Made by a program: the position numbers and the translations under genes. The notes beneath the pieces were generated by a model, which saw nothing but the letters and a program-made list of their open reading frames with translations, was not told where the DNA came from and searched no databases. A stretch of DNA of 32,000 nt from an uncultured Chloroflexia bacterium (GTDB lineage: Bacteria > Chloroflexota > Ktedonobacteria > Ktedonobacterales > JADMIN01), in assembly GCA_963718915.1 (NCBI GenBank), contig CAVRAI010000003.1, positions 870,001 through 902,000 on the forward strand, given 5' to 3'. This document shows, piece after piece, positions 17,808 through 26,204 of this stretch (its first letter is position 1; every line of letters starts with the position of its first letter).

Positions 17808-18512
17808 CTATCCCTGCGCCCCCGAAGCCGCATCCAGCGCCAGATTGAGATCGAGCACGTTGACCCGTGGCTCGCCAAACAACCCGAGAAATCGTCCGGT
17901 GATATGTTGATCGACCATGGCGCGCACCGCGGCCTGGCTCATGCCACGCGCCTTCGCGACCCGTGGAATCTGGTAATAGGCAGCGGCAACCGAGATGTCA
18001 GGGTCCAGGCCCGACGCCGACGCCGTCACCAGATCAACCGGAATCGGCGTGCCCGCTGGCACATCGGGATTCTCCTGCTTCAGCGCGGCGATGCGCTGCT
18101 GTACCGTCTGCGTGAGCGCGCTATTGGTCGGTCCCAGATTCGAGCCGCCGGAGTTGTCAGCCTGGTAGGGCGCGGGCGTCCCCTGGAGATTCAGCGTCGC
18201 CGAGGGACGTCCGTGGAAATACTGCGGCTGCGTCCAGTACTGGCCGATGAGGCGCGAGCCAACCGGTTTGCCGTTCTGGTAGATCAGCGAGCCATTCGCC
18301 TGCGACGGGAAGAGCGCCTGCGCCACGCCCGTTGTCACCACGGGGTAGAGGATACCGGCGATCAGCGTCAGCAGCAGCGTCAGCAGAATCGCTGGCCGTA
18401 GCTGGCGCAGGATGGCGCGGCGTCCGTTCTCTGGCGCTGGCTCCGGCTCGTCGGCGAGGGGTGGCGTCTGCTCCTGCGTTTCAATCAACGTCTTGCTCAT
18501 AGATGGATTCAC
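17808..18512 (-). CDS. kdpC: K+-transporting ATPase subunit C
   Basis: N-terminal TM helix, QANGSLI, and SGLDPDISVAAAYYQIPRVAKARG motifs. Confidence 0.9.
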   Translation of the reverse strand: MNPSMSKTLIETQEQTPPLADEPEPAPENGRRAILRQLRPAILLTLLLTLIAGILYPVVTTGVAQALFPSQANGSLIYQNGKPVGSRLIGQYWTQPQYFHGRPSATLNLQGTPAPYQADNSGGSNLGPTNSALTQTVQQRIAALKQENPDVPAGTPIPVDLVTASASGLDPDISVAAAYYQIPRVAKARGMSQAAVRAMVDQHITGRFLGLFGEPRVNVLDLNLALDAASGAQG

Positions 18513-18542
18513 TTTCTCGTCTCAACAATCGCCTGCCAACGT

Positions 18543-20741
18543 CTACGCCGTCAGGTGGAGCAGCACCAGAACCATATCGATCAGCTTGATGCCCACGAAC
18601 GGCAGGATGATGCCGCCGACGCCGTAGAGCAGCAGATTGCGCCGCAGCAGCGCCGCCGCGCCCATCGGTCGATACTTGACGCCACGCAGCGAGAGCGGGA
18701 TCAGCGCGACGATGATGAGCGCGTTAAAGATCACTGCCGAGAGCACCGCGCTATGGGGTGTGGCGAGTCGCATGATGTTGAGCGCCTGAAGCTGCGGATA
18801 GGTGACGACGAAGACCGCCGGGATGATCGCGAAGTACTTGGCGACATCGTTAGCGATACTGAACGTCGTCAGCGCGCCACGGGTGATAAGCAGTTGCTTG
18901 CCGACCTCAACGATTTCGATCAGCTTGGTGGGATTCGAATCGAGATCCACCATGTTGCCCGCCTCTTTGGCGGCCTGGGTTCCGCTGTTCATCGCGACGC
19001 CGACGTCGGCCTGCGCCAGCGCGGGGGCGTCGTTCGTACCGTCGCCCGTCATCGCGACGAGACGCCCGCCTGCCTGCTGCTCGCGAATCAGCTTCATCTT
19101 AGTTTCGGGCGTCGCCTGCGCCAGAAAATCGTCGACGCCCGCCTCGTGCGCGATGGCGGCGGCGGTCAGCGGATTGTCGCCGGTAATCATCACCGTGCGG
19201 ATGCCCATCTTGCGCAACTGCTCGAAGCGCTCGCTCATGCCACTCTTGACGATATCTTTGAGGTAGATGACGCCCAGCACGCGCGGCGGCTCTGCCCCGC
19301 TACGCTCGGCCACCACCAGCGGCGTGCCACCAGCCCGCGCGATGCGCTCAACCGCGGGCCGCAGGTCGCTGGGAATCGCTCCAACACCCTCGCTCACCCA
19401 GGCGATGATCGCGTCGCCAGCGCCCTTGCGCACCTGTCGTGTGGCCTTCGTAGCCCCGTTTTGCGCCACATCAACGCCGCTCATCCGGGTGGAGGCGCTG
19501 AAGGGGATGAAGGTCATCTGGGTCGGATCGCCAGCGGTCTTGCCATCGAGATGGTATTTTTCCTCAGCCAGCACGACGATGGAGCGGCCCTCCGGCGTCT
19601 CGTCTGGCAGCGAGGAGAGCAGCGCGGCCCCGGCCAACTCGCGCTCGCTCACGCCAGAGACGGGGATGAACTCGGTCGCCATGCGGTTGCCCAGTGTGAT
19701 GGTGCCCGTCTTATCCAGCAGCAGCACATCCACATCGCCCGCCGCCTCCACCGCGCGCCCGCTCATCGCCAGCACGTTGCGCTGCACCAGGCGGTCCATC
19801 CCGGCGATACCGATGGCCGAGAGCAGCCCGCCGATGGTCGTCGGGATCAGGCAGACCAGCAGGGCGATCAGCGCGGCAATCGAGACGGCGGCGCCTGAAT
19901 AGATGGCGAACGGTTCAAGGGTGACGACGGCGAGCATGAAGATGATGGTAAGGCTCGCCAGCAGGATGTTGAGCGCGATCTCGTTCGGCGTCTTCTGGCG
20001 ACTGGCGCCCTCAACCAGCGCAATCATGCGGTCGAGGAACGTCTCGCCGGGATTGGAGGAGATGCGGACGATAATCCAATCGGAGAGTACCCGCGTGCCG
20101 CCTGTCACCGAGGAGCGGTCGCCGCCACTCTCGCGGATGACCGGCGCCGACTCGCCGGTAATAGCGGATTCATCCACCGAGGCGACGCCCTCGATAACCT
20201 CGCCATCGCCGGGAATCAGGTCGCCCGCCGCGATCAGCACCAGGTCGCCTTTGCGCAGTTGTGGCGCGGCAACCTCCTCGACAGACGTATCCGGCCCCAA
20301 CTGCCCCACTTGTTTGCCCGTCACTCGTTTGGCGAGCGTCTCGCTGCGGGCGTGGCGCAGGGTGTCAGCCTGGGCCTTGCCACGACCCTCGGCCATCGCC
20401 TCGGCGAAGTTGGCGAAGAGGACGGTGAACCAGAGCCAGACCGCCACCCCCGCGACGAAGCCACGGTCGCCCGCAAGCTGCGGATCGAGCAGCGTATGGA
20501 CGAACTCAATGGAGGTGATGACGCTGCCGATCTCGACGACGAACATCACCGGATTCCTCGCCTGCACGCGCGGATCGAGCTTCTTGAATGCATCGGCGAT
20601 TGCCCGGCGCGTTATCGCCGGATCGAAGAGCGACGCGCCCCGGCGTGGACGGCGAGATTTAGCGACCTTGCTGCCAACTCTGCCCGGCTGTTCCATGCTA
20701 TCCGCCACAGCGGCCTGAGACGTTTGTTCGCGATCTATCAT
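18543..20741 (-). CDS. kdpB: K+-transporting P-type ATPase subunit B
   Basis: DKTGTIT phosphorylation site, [10 protein letters not shown] and [16 protein letters not shown]. Colinear with E. coli KdpB from FDPAI...NPVMFVV onward. Confidence 0.95.
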   Translation of the reverse strand: MIDREQTSQAAVADSMEQPGRVGSKVAKSRRPRRGASLFDPAITRRAIADAFKKLDPRVQARNPVMFVVEIGSVITSIEFVHTLLDPQLAGDRGFVAGVAVWLWFTVLFANFAEAMAEGRGKAQADTLRHARSETLAKRVTGKQVGQLGPDTSVEEVAAPQLRKGDLVLIAAGDLIPGDGEVIEGVASVDESAITGESAPVIRESGGDRSSVTGGTRVLSDWIIVRISSNPGETFLDRMIALVEGASRQKTPNEIALNILLASLTIIFMLAVVTLEPFAIYSGAAVSIAALIALLVCLIPTTIGGLLSAIGIAGMDRLVQRNVLAMSGRAVEAAGDVDVLLLDKTGTITLGNRMATEFIPVSGVSERELAGAALLSSLPDETPEGRSIVVLAEEKYHLDGKTAGDPTQMTFIPFSASTRMSGVDVAQNGATKATRQVRKGAGDAIIAWVSEGVGAIPSDLRPAVERIARAGGTPLVVAERSGAEPPRVLGVIYLKDIVKSGMSERFEQLRKMGIRTVMITGDNPLTAAAIAHEAGVDDFLAQATPETKMKLIREQQAGGRLVAMTGDGTNDAPALAQADVGVAMNSGTQAAKEAGNMVDLDSNPTKLIEIVEVGKQLLITRGALTTFSIANDVAKYFAIIPAVFVVTYPQLQALNIMRLATPHSAVLSAVIFNALIIVALIPLSLRGVKYRPMGAAALLRRNLLLYGVGGIILPFVGIKLIDMVLVLLHLTA

Positions 20742-20767
20742 ACCGATTCCCTGCCTGCCTCATCTGC

Positions 20768-22529
20768 CTAGAATGACTTGCCCGCCAGCATCAGCAGTTG
20801 CTCGACAATAGGGCCGAGCGCCAGCGCTGGGAAGAATGTGAGCGCGCCGACGATGACGATCACGCCGACGACCAGCCCCGAAAACAGCGGTGTCGTCGTC
20901 GGGAAGGTGCCCGGCCCGGCTGGCGTCACCCGCTTGCGCACCAGCGAGCCAGCCAGCGCCAGCACGGGAATCAGGAAGGCGAAGCGGCCAATCAGCATGG
21001 CAAACGCGCCGGTCCAGTTGTAGAGGACGAAGGATGGCGTGCCGACGGTCGTGGTGCCCAACCCGGCGAACGCCGAGCCATTGTTGCCGGTCATCGAGCT
21101 GAAGGCGTAGAGAATCTCCGAGAGACCATGCGGCCCAGGATTGGCAATCGCCGCTGTCCCCGCCCTGAGTGCGATGGCAAGCGCGGTGAAGCCGAGGATC
21201 GAGAGCGGCAGAATCAGGATGGCCAGCGCGGCCATCTTCATCTCGTACTGCTGGATCTTCTTGCCCAGGTATTCGGGCGTGCGGCCCACCATCAGCCCGG
21301 CGATGAAGACCGAGAGGATGGCGAAGACGATCAGGCCGTAGAGGCCGGAGCCAACGCCGCCGAAGATGATCTCGCCAAGCTGGATGTTCACCATCGGCAC
21401 CATGCCGCCGAGCGGGGTGTAGCTATCGAGCCAGCTATTGATCGCGCCGCACGAGGCGTCGGTGGTGACGGTGGCGAAGAGCGTGGAGGAGGCGATGCCA
21501 AAGCGCATCTCCTTGCCCTCCATGTTGCCGCCCGGCTGCGATAGCGACCACTCGTTCGCCGTCTGATTGACGCCGAGCTGCGTCAGTTGGGGATTCCCCG
21601 CCTGCTCCGCGCCAAAGGTGATGAACGCGCCCAGCAGGAAGAGCACGCTGACCGCGCCCAGGAGCGCCCAGCCCTGTTTGGTGTTCCCCGCCATCTTGCC
21701 AAACATGTAGATGAGGGCAGCGCCCAGCGCGAAGATAGAGAGCATCTCGATCAGGTTGGTGAACGGCGTGGGGTTCTCGAACGGGTGCGCCGAGTTGGCG
21801 TTGAAGAAGCCACCGCCGTTGGTCCCAAACATCTTGATCGCCTCCTGCGAGGCGACCGGCCCCTGCGCGATAGTCTGAACGAAGCCCTGAACGCCTGTTA
21901 TGTGGATGTAGGCGTTGAAGTTCTGCGGCACGCCCTGCCAGACCAGGAAGAGCGCGTAGACGAAACAGATGGGCAGCAGAATATAGAGGAAGCAGCGCGT
22001 CAGATCCACCCAGAAGTTGCCAAGCGAGCGTCCGCTCTGGCGAGTGAGGCCGCGAATCACCGCGACCGCCAGCACCACGCCAACGGCGGCGGAGGCGAAG
22101 TTATGGAAGGCGAGGCCAGCCATCTGCGTAAAGTAGCTCATGGTTGTCTCGCCGCTGTAGTTCTGCCAGTTTGTGTTGGTGGAGAAGCTGACAGCGGTGT
22201 TGAAGGCCAGCAGCGGATCCACCTTGCCCATCCCGTTGGGGTTGAGCGGCAGGATATCCTGCAGCCGCTGGATGAGGTAGAGCAGCAGGATGCCGAGCGG
22301 CGGTGAAGGACAGCATGGAGACGGCGTAGATCTTCCAGTCCTGCTCTCGCCGTTCGTCTACTCCGCCGAGCCAGTACAGCCCGCGCTCGACTGGCCGCAA
22401 CAGCGGACTCAGCCAGGTGCGCCTGCCACTGAAGACGGCGGTGAGGTAGAGGCCCAGCGGTTTGGTGATGAGCAGCACCAGCAGAAAGAAGACGATAATC
22501 TGGGCAACGCCGTTGAATGTGAACGACAT
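20768..22529 (-). pseudogene. kdpA: K+-transporting ATPase subunit A, frameshifted near 22295-22304
   Basis: ORF 22101..22529 carries the KdpA N-terminus up to ...[14 protein letters not shown] 20768..22231, extended upstream in its own frame, reads [50 protein letters not shown]. Removing one base in ACCGCCGCTC restores a colinear KdpA. Confidence 0.9.
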
Positions 22530-22552
22530 ACCGAAATGCCAGCCTCAGCTTC

Positions 22553-22642
22553 CTAGAATTTATCAGGCCGCAGCAAGGCGACCGCGAGATACACCATCAC
22601 CAGCAGGGCGACGAGGCCAACAAGCACGTATTCGATGTTCAT
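22553..22642 (-). CDS. kdpF: K+-transporting ATPase subunit F (29 aa)
   Basis: I translated this by hand: MNIEYVLVGLVALLVMVYLAVALLRPDKF. It has a single TM helix with the KdpF-type ALLRP(E/D)KF ending. AAGGGAG lies upstream, and the gene ends 23 nt before kdpA. Confidence 0.75.
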   Translation of the reverse strand: MNIEYVLVGLVALLVMVYLAVALLRPDKF

Positions 22643-22666
22643 AGCTTCTTCGACTCCCTTATCCCC

Positions 22667-22750
22667 TCACAGCCGGTCGCAGGCGAACGCGAACGCGACC
22701 ATCAGCGCGAAGAAGGCCAGCGTCACCACCGCAAAGAGAAGATCGGCCAT
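22667..22750 (-). CDS. 27-aa hydrophobic peptide upstream of kdpF
   Basis: I translated this by hand: MADLLFAVVTLAFFALMVAFAFACDRL. One TM helix, lying between the receiver gene and kdpF on the same strand. It is not in the supplied ORF track because it is too short. Confidence 0.4.
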   Translation of the reverse strand: MADLLFAVVTLAFFALMVAFAFACDRL

Positions 22751-22783
22751 AGCCACCAACCCATTTCTTTCAACTCTCTCAAC

Positions 22784-23188
22784 TCACTGGCCGTCATAGA
22801 AGGCCGATGTATCCGATACATCCGATGTATTCAGCGGGCTGCCGGTGACACGCCCGACGAGACGGACGAGCGCATCCACGGGAAAGGGCTTCAGCAGCAC
22901 CGCCGCCGGGTGAAACTCATCCAGCCGTCGCCGCACCGGGCGTAGCGCCGTCATCAGGATGACCGGTGGCACATCGGCGCCTTTGAGCGCGCGCAGGACA
23001 TCCCAGCCGGTCTGATCCGGCAGGTTCACATCTAGCAGCAGCGCATCGAACGGCCTGCCAGCGCGCAAGGCAGCGATGGCGGCGGCGGCGCTATCCGCCT
23101 CGGTGACATGGTAGCCACGGCGCGACAGGTTGCGGGCGAGGATGCGCCGTAACGGCTCTTCGTCCTCCACCAGTAGCACGCGAGGCAT
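22784..23188 (-). CDS. Stand-alone receiver (CheY-like) protein, first gene of the kdp operon
   Basis: VLLVEDEE, LLLDVNLPD, MTA and LLKPF are the receiver signature residues. There is no output domain. Start trimmed to ATG 23188 (MPRVLLV...). Confidence 0.85.
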   Translation of the reverse strand: MPRVLLVEDEEPLRRILARNLSRRGYHVTEADSAAAAIAALRAGRPFDALLLDVNLPDQTGWDVLRALKGADVPPVILMTALRPVRRRLDEFHPAAVLLKPFPVDALVRLVGRVTGSPLNTSDVSDTSAFYDGQ

Positions 23189-23253
23189 CGCTCTCCGCCC
23201 TTCTGACTGCACTCCCTGAACGGCAATTTCCACGTTCAGAGCGTATGCCAGTG

Positions 23254-23304
23254 GGCGTAAAGGAGGCGTAAAGATGAGGAGTGAAGGCGTCAGGATTTCG
23301 TAAA
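23254..23304 (-). promoter_or_regulatory. KdpE-box-like direct repeats (TTTACG-N5-TTTACG, plus a third TTTACG 32 nt further upstream)
   Basis: The minus strand reads TCTTTACGCCTCCTTTACGCCC (plus 23256-23261 and 23267-23272, 11-bp period), 68-85 nt upstream of ATG 23188. A third TTTACG is at plus 23299-23304. The E. coli KdpE site is TTTATA-N5-TTTACA. Confidence 0.5.
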
Positions 23305-23321
23305 GATTCGAGCGGGAGGCA

Positions 23322-23330
23322 TGCTATACT
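23322..23330 (+). promoter_or_regulatory. Candidate extended -10 (TGcTATACT) for the small-protein/HNH operon
   Basis: TGCTATACT at 23322-23330. AGGAGAAG lies just before ATG 23367. TATACT also recurs upstream of folE (minus strand) and the PQQ-like gene (28971-28976). Confidence 0.35.
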
Positions 23331-23366
23331 TGTTGTGATAAATGCTCCTGGATAGGAGAAGAATCT

Positions 23367-23645
23367 ATGAGTAAACATGCGCCTGCCAGCCCAATCGAAG
23401 AAATTGTCGCCTTCTTCGCAGATGGCCCATCACGAGACGACGTTGCCGCATTTCGCCTCTCAAAAGACGCCCAGGAACATATCAGCGCGCTGCTGGAGAA
23501 GAACCGTTCAGGAACGTTGACAAGCGCAGAAGAACACGAGCTTGACAGGGTAATGGCTCTCAATGAGGTCGTCTCGCTCATTCAGGCCCGCGCCAGAGTC
23601 CATACTTTAACATCGTCCAGACCTGCCAATCTGCCTGGCGCATGA
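23367..23645 (+). CDS. Small helical protein (92 aa), translationally coupled partner of the HNH nuclease
   Basis: Good SD. Its stop overlaps the HNH start (ATGA at 23642-23645). The LLEKNRSGTLTSAEEHELDRVMALNEVVSLIQARA segment resembles partners I recall next to similar HNH genes in Cyanobacteria and Chloroflexi. That recollection is unverified. Confidence 0.65.
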   Translation: MSKHAPASPIEEIVAFFADGPSRDDVAAFRLSKDAQEHISALLEKNRSGTLTSAEEHELDRVMALNEVVSLIQARARVHTLTSSRPANLPGA

Positions 23646-24076
23646 GTGAGACTCATATTCCTACGGCATTACGCCGTGAAGTGATTGCACGCGTCGGCAA
23701 TCGCTGCGAGTATTCTGGAATGCCGGATGATGCCACACTCGTTTCGCACGAAGTTGATCATGTCGTTGCGGAGCGGCACGGTGGCAAGGCAGTTCGAGAT
23801 AATCTTGCGTATTCTTGTTTCCGCTGTAATCGTTTCAAGGGCACTGATCTGACATCAATTGACCCACAGACTGGCAAGATTACTCGTCTCTTTGATCCAC
23901 GCGCAGACAAGTGGCAGAGGCATTTTCGGCTGGCGGGATCTGACAATGCGATCATCGAGCCACTCACAGTGGTTGGCCGAACGACGGCGCAATTTCTCAG
24001 ATTCAACGATATTGAGTGGATATTGTTGCGGGCAGAGCTACAGCGACAAGGACGGTATACAGCGCCCTCTTCTTGA
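23642..24076 (+). CDS. HNH endonuclease
   Basis: CEYSG...HEVDHVVAERHGG...NLAYSCFRCNRFKG is a His-Me finger with Cys pairs, followed by a C-terminal extension (RLFDPRADKWQRHF...). Confidence 0.85.
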   Translation: MSETHIPTALRREVIARVGNRCEYSGMPDDATLVSHEVDHVVAERHGGKAVRDNLAYSCFRCNRFKGTDLTSIDPQTGKITRLFDPRADKWQRHFRLAGSDNAIIEPLTVVGRTTAQFLRFNDIEWILLRAELQRQGRYTAPSS

Positions 24077-24174
24077 ATTCGCGCCAACTCTATCCTACGC
24101 CGGGCTGCGAACGGTACCGCTCCTGCACGCCAGAACTGAGATATAGATAGACAGAATCCGGCAAGGGGAAAACT

Positions 24175-24954
24175 ATGTTCAGTGTGGATGATCGCAATCG
24201 CGTGCGTGACCGCGTGCTCGCGCTGGCGGCGTCTGATCCGCGCGTGGTCGCCGGAGCGGTCGTCGGTTCGCTCGCCCTTCAGGAAGGTGACCGCTGGTCT
24301 GACCTCGATCTGACCTTTGCGGTCGCGGATGACGCGCCCGTGCCTGATGTTCTGAACGACTGGACCGGCGCCATCGTCGACGAATGTCATGCGGTTGTGC
24401 TCTTCGATTTGCCTGCTGGCGCTAGCATCTACCGCGTCTTCATGCTGCCAGGCTGCCTGCAATTCGACCTGTCGTTCACCCCAGCGGCGGCGTTCGGCGC
24501 AACCAGTCCAAAGTTCAGGCTACTCTTCGGCGAGGCCGTCACGAAACCGCACACGCCAGCGCCGTCGCCACAGGAGCTTTTCGGCTACGCCGTGCATCAC
24601 GCGCTCCGGGCGCGCTTCTGTATCGCGCGCGGGCGAGTCTGGCAGGCCGAATACTGGCTCAGTGGCGTCCGCGACTATGCGCTGCACCTCGCCTGTCTCC
24701 GCCGCGATCTGCCAGCGCGCAATGGCAGGGGCTTCGACGACCTGCCCGCCGACGTGCTGGCAGCCTTTGAGGGCGCTCTGGCCCGGTCACTGAATCCCGC
24801 CGAGCTACTGCGCGCGCTCGAAGTCGCCATCACGGGATTATTACACGAGGCGGCGCAGGCGCCGGAGATGGCAGAGATGGCCGCGCAGGTCGAGCCGCAG
24901 CTCCGCGAACTCACCCGCGCATGGGAGAGCGAGCCGCAAATGCCGACAGAATGA
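24175..24954 (+). CDS. Nucleotidyltransferase-domain protein with a helical C-terminal domain (KNTase-like architecture)
   Basis: GSLALQEGDRWSDLDLTF matches the minimal NTase motif (GS...DxD). The C-terminal half is helical and contains RDYALH (Rx4H). SD AAGGGGA lies before ATG 24175. Confidence 0.7.
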   Translation: MFSVDDRNRVRDRVLALAASDPRVVAGAVVGSLALQEGDRWSDLDLTFAVADDAPVPDVLNDWTGAIVDECHAVVLFDLPAGASIYRVFMLPGCLQFDLSFTPAAAFGATSPKFRLLFGEAVTKPHTPAPSPQELFGYAVHHALRARFCIARGRVWQAEYWLSGVRDYALHLACLRRDLPARNGRGFDDLPADVLAAFEGALARSLNPAELLRALEVAITGLLHEAAQAPEMAEMAAQVEPQLRELTRAWESEPQMPTE

Positions 24955-25039
24955 GGCTGGCGTTTTGCTTACTCTGGGTAAAAGAAAGGAGATACACCAG
25001 GGTCAGGATGTGCCACGTCTTTCATAGCAAGCATCTGCT

Positions 25040-25501
25040 TCAACCGAGGTGAGCGACCCTGCCATCTTGTAGTTCGGTCTGGCCAGATTCCAGCAATTGC
25101 TTCAACTTGCCCAGATTCTCGGCCACTGCCCGCTGAATCGGGAGCGTGATGCGCTGCGCAATCGCATGTGGCAGCGGCGCTTTGGACCACAAACGCCATT
25201 CGTCAACCACTTCGGTTCCCTGAGGACTTTCCTCAAAGGTGAAGCACATCTGCACTGGGAACATAAACCCTTCCACCTGGATGGCAACGAGGTGATTGGG
25301 CTGATAGTCGGTGATGGTCAGGTGTTGTTCGTCCGTCTTCCGCCGCTGGAAATAGCGTGTTCCAACTGTGGGCGCGCCTTCCGACAGTTGTTGAGTCTCC
25401 ATAACGTAGTAGTTCCACAGAGGCATGTGCCTAAAATCGGCGATGAAATTGAACACATCGTCGCGGGAACGCTGGATAGTAACACGATTCTCAAAGTTCA
25501 T
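25040..25501 (-). CDS. SRPBCC (polyketide cyclase/dehydrase-like) family protein
   Basis: N-terminal VTIQRSRDDVFNFIADFRHMPLWNYYV is typical of SRPBCC ligand-binding proteins. ATG 25501 overlaps the marR stop by 11 nt. Confidence 0.8.
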   Translation of the reverse strand: MNFENRVTIQRSRDDVFNFIADFRHMPLWNYYVMETQQLSEGAPTVGTRYFQRRKTDEQHLTITDYQPNHLVAIQVEGFMFPVQMCFTFEESPQGTEVVDEWRLWSKAPLPHAIAQRITLPIQRAVAENLGKLKQLLESGQTELQDGRVAHLG

Positions 25502-25982
25502 TGGTAATCTCACCTTCCTGGTATTTTCCCCGTTTCGTGCGCCTGGCAAGCGCTTTGCCTGCCGGTCGGTTTTCGATGTAGCGCCAGAACATCTCCATGA
25601 CCTCGGCTATGGGAACATCCTGGATCAACTGCTCAAGCTGCTGGTGGAGTATTGCTTCGACAGCGGCGACCTGTGTTGCGCGCTCCTCTCCCCGTTGCGT
25701 CAGCGTCAGGGTCACGTATCTCCGGTCATGCGAAGAGACCACGCGCTGAACCAGACCAGCCGTCACCAGGCCATTGACGAGACGACTGGGGCTGCCGCCG
25801 CTCTCGCAGACAAGCAAGCCACCTAGTTCACTCAGTGAGATGGGTTGATAGTCCTGGAGCACGCGCAGAACTTCACCCTGCGATGGCGTCAACCCCAATG
25901 GCAAGAGCGCCTCGCTAAGGGTGCGGTTCCCTTCTCGCTGCACTGCCAGCAGCAGATAGCGTATTTCTTCGGAAAGTTGCAT
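25491..25982 (-). CDS. MarR family transcriptional regulator
   Basis: LGLTPSQGEVLRVLQDYQPISLSELGGLL...LVNGLVTAGLVQR...DRRYVTLTLTQRGE is a winged HTH. ATG 25982 has AGGTGA upstream; an alternative GTG is at 25991. Confidence 0.85.
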   Translation of the reverse strand: MQLSEEIRYLLLAVQREGNRTLSEALLPLGLTPSQGEVLRVLQDYQPISLSELGGLLVCESGGSPSRLVNGLVTAGLVQRVVSSHDRRYVTLTLTQRGEERATQVAAVEAILHQQLEQLIQDVPIAEVMEMFWRYIENRPAGKALARRTKRGKYQEGEITNEL

Positions 25983-26103
25983 AGGCTTCACCTTTCGTTG
26001 GAGCGCTGTCTACGATGACAATGCCACGAACCCAGCCAGCTTCGAGATGGACGACGCCGGTCTGAAGCTCGTGAATTTGCACCATTTGTTCTCCTGTGTC
26101 AAT

Positions 26104-26163
26104 TACGTGATGTATCATATATGACACGTTATACATGATACATCACGTATTTTACAAATGCAA
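26104..26163 (-). promoter_or_regulatory. Perfect 15-bp inverted repeat overlapping a sigma70-like promoter (probable MarR operator)
   Basis: TACGTGATGTATCAT (26104-26118) and ATGATACATCACGTA (26135-26149) are separated by a 16-bp spacer. On the minus strand, TTGCAT (26158-26163), a 17-nt spacer and TATCAT (26135-26140) overlap one arm. The stretch is AT-rich within a GC-rich genome. Confidence 0.55.
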
Positions 26164-26204
26164 GGTCTGCATGTTCTTGGTCACGACGGGGTGTGCCGCT
26201 TTGC

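Noticed and set aside
22531-23366. A c-di-AMP (ydaO-type) riboswitch or other known riboswitch ahead of the kdp operon.
   Set aside because: I could not recognise the conserved ydaO core. The region is mostly occupied by coding sequence (receiver, two peptides) and a KdpE-box-like repeat. A covariance-model scan would be needed to exclude it formally.
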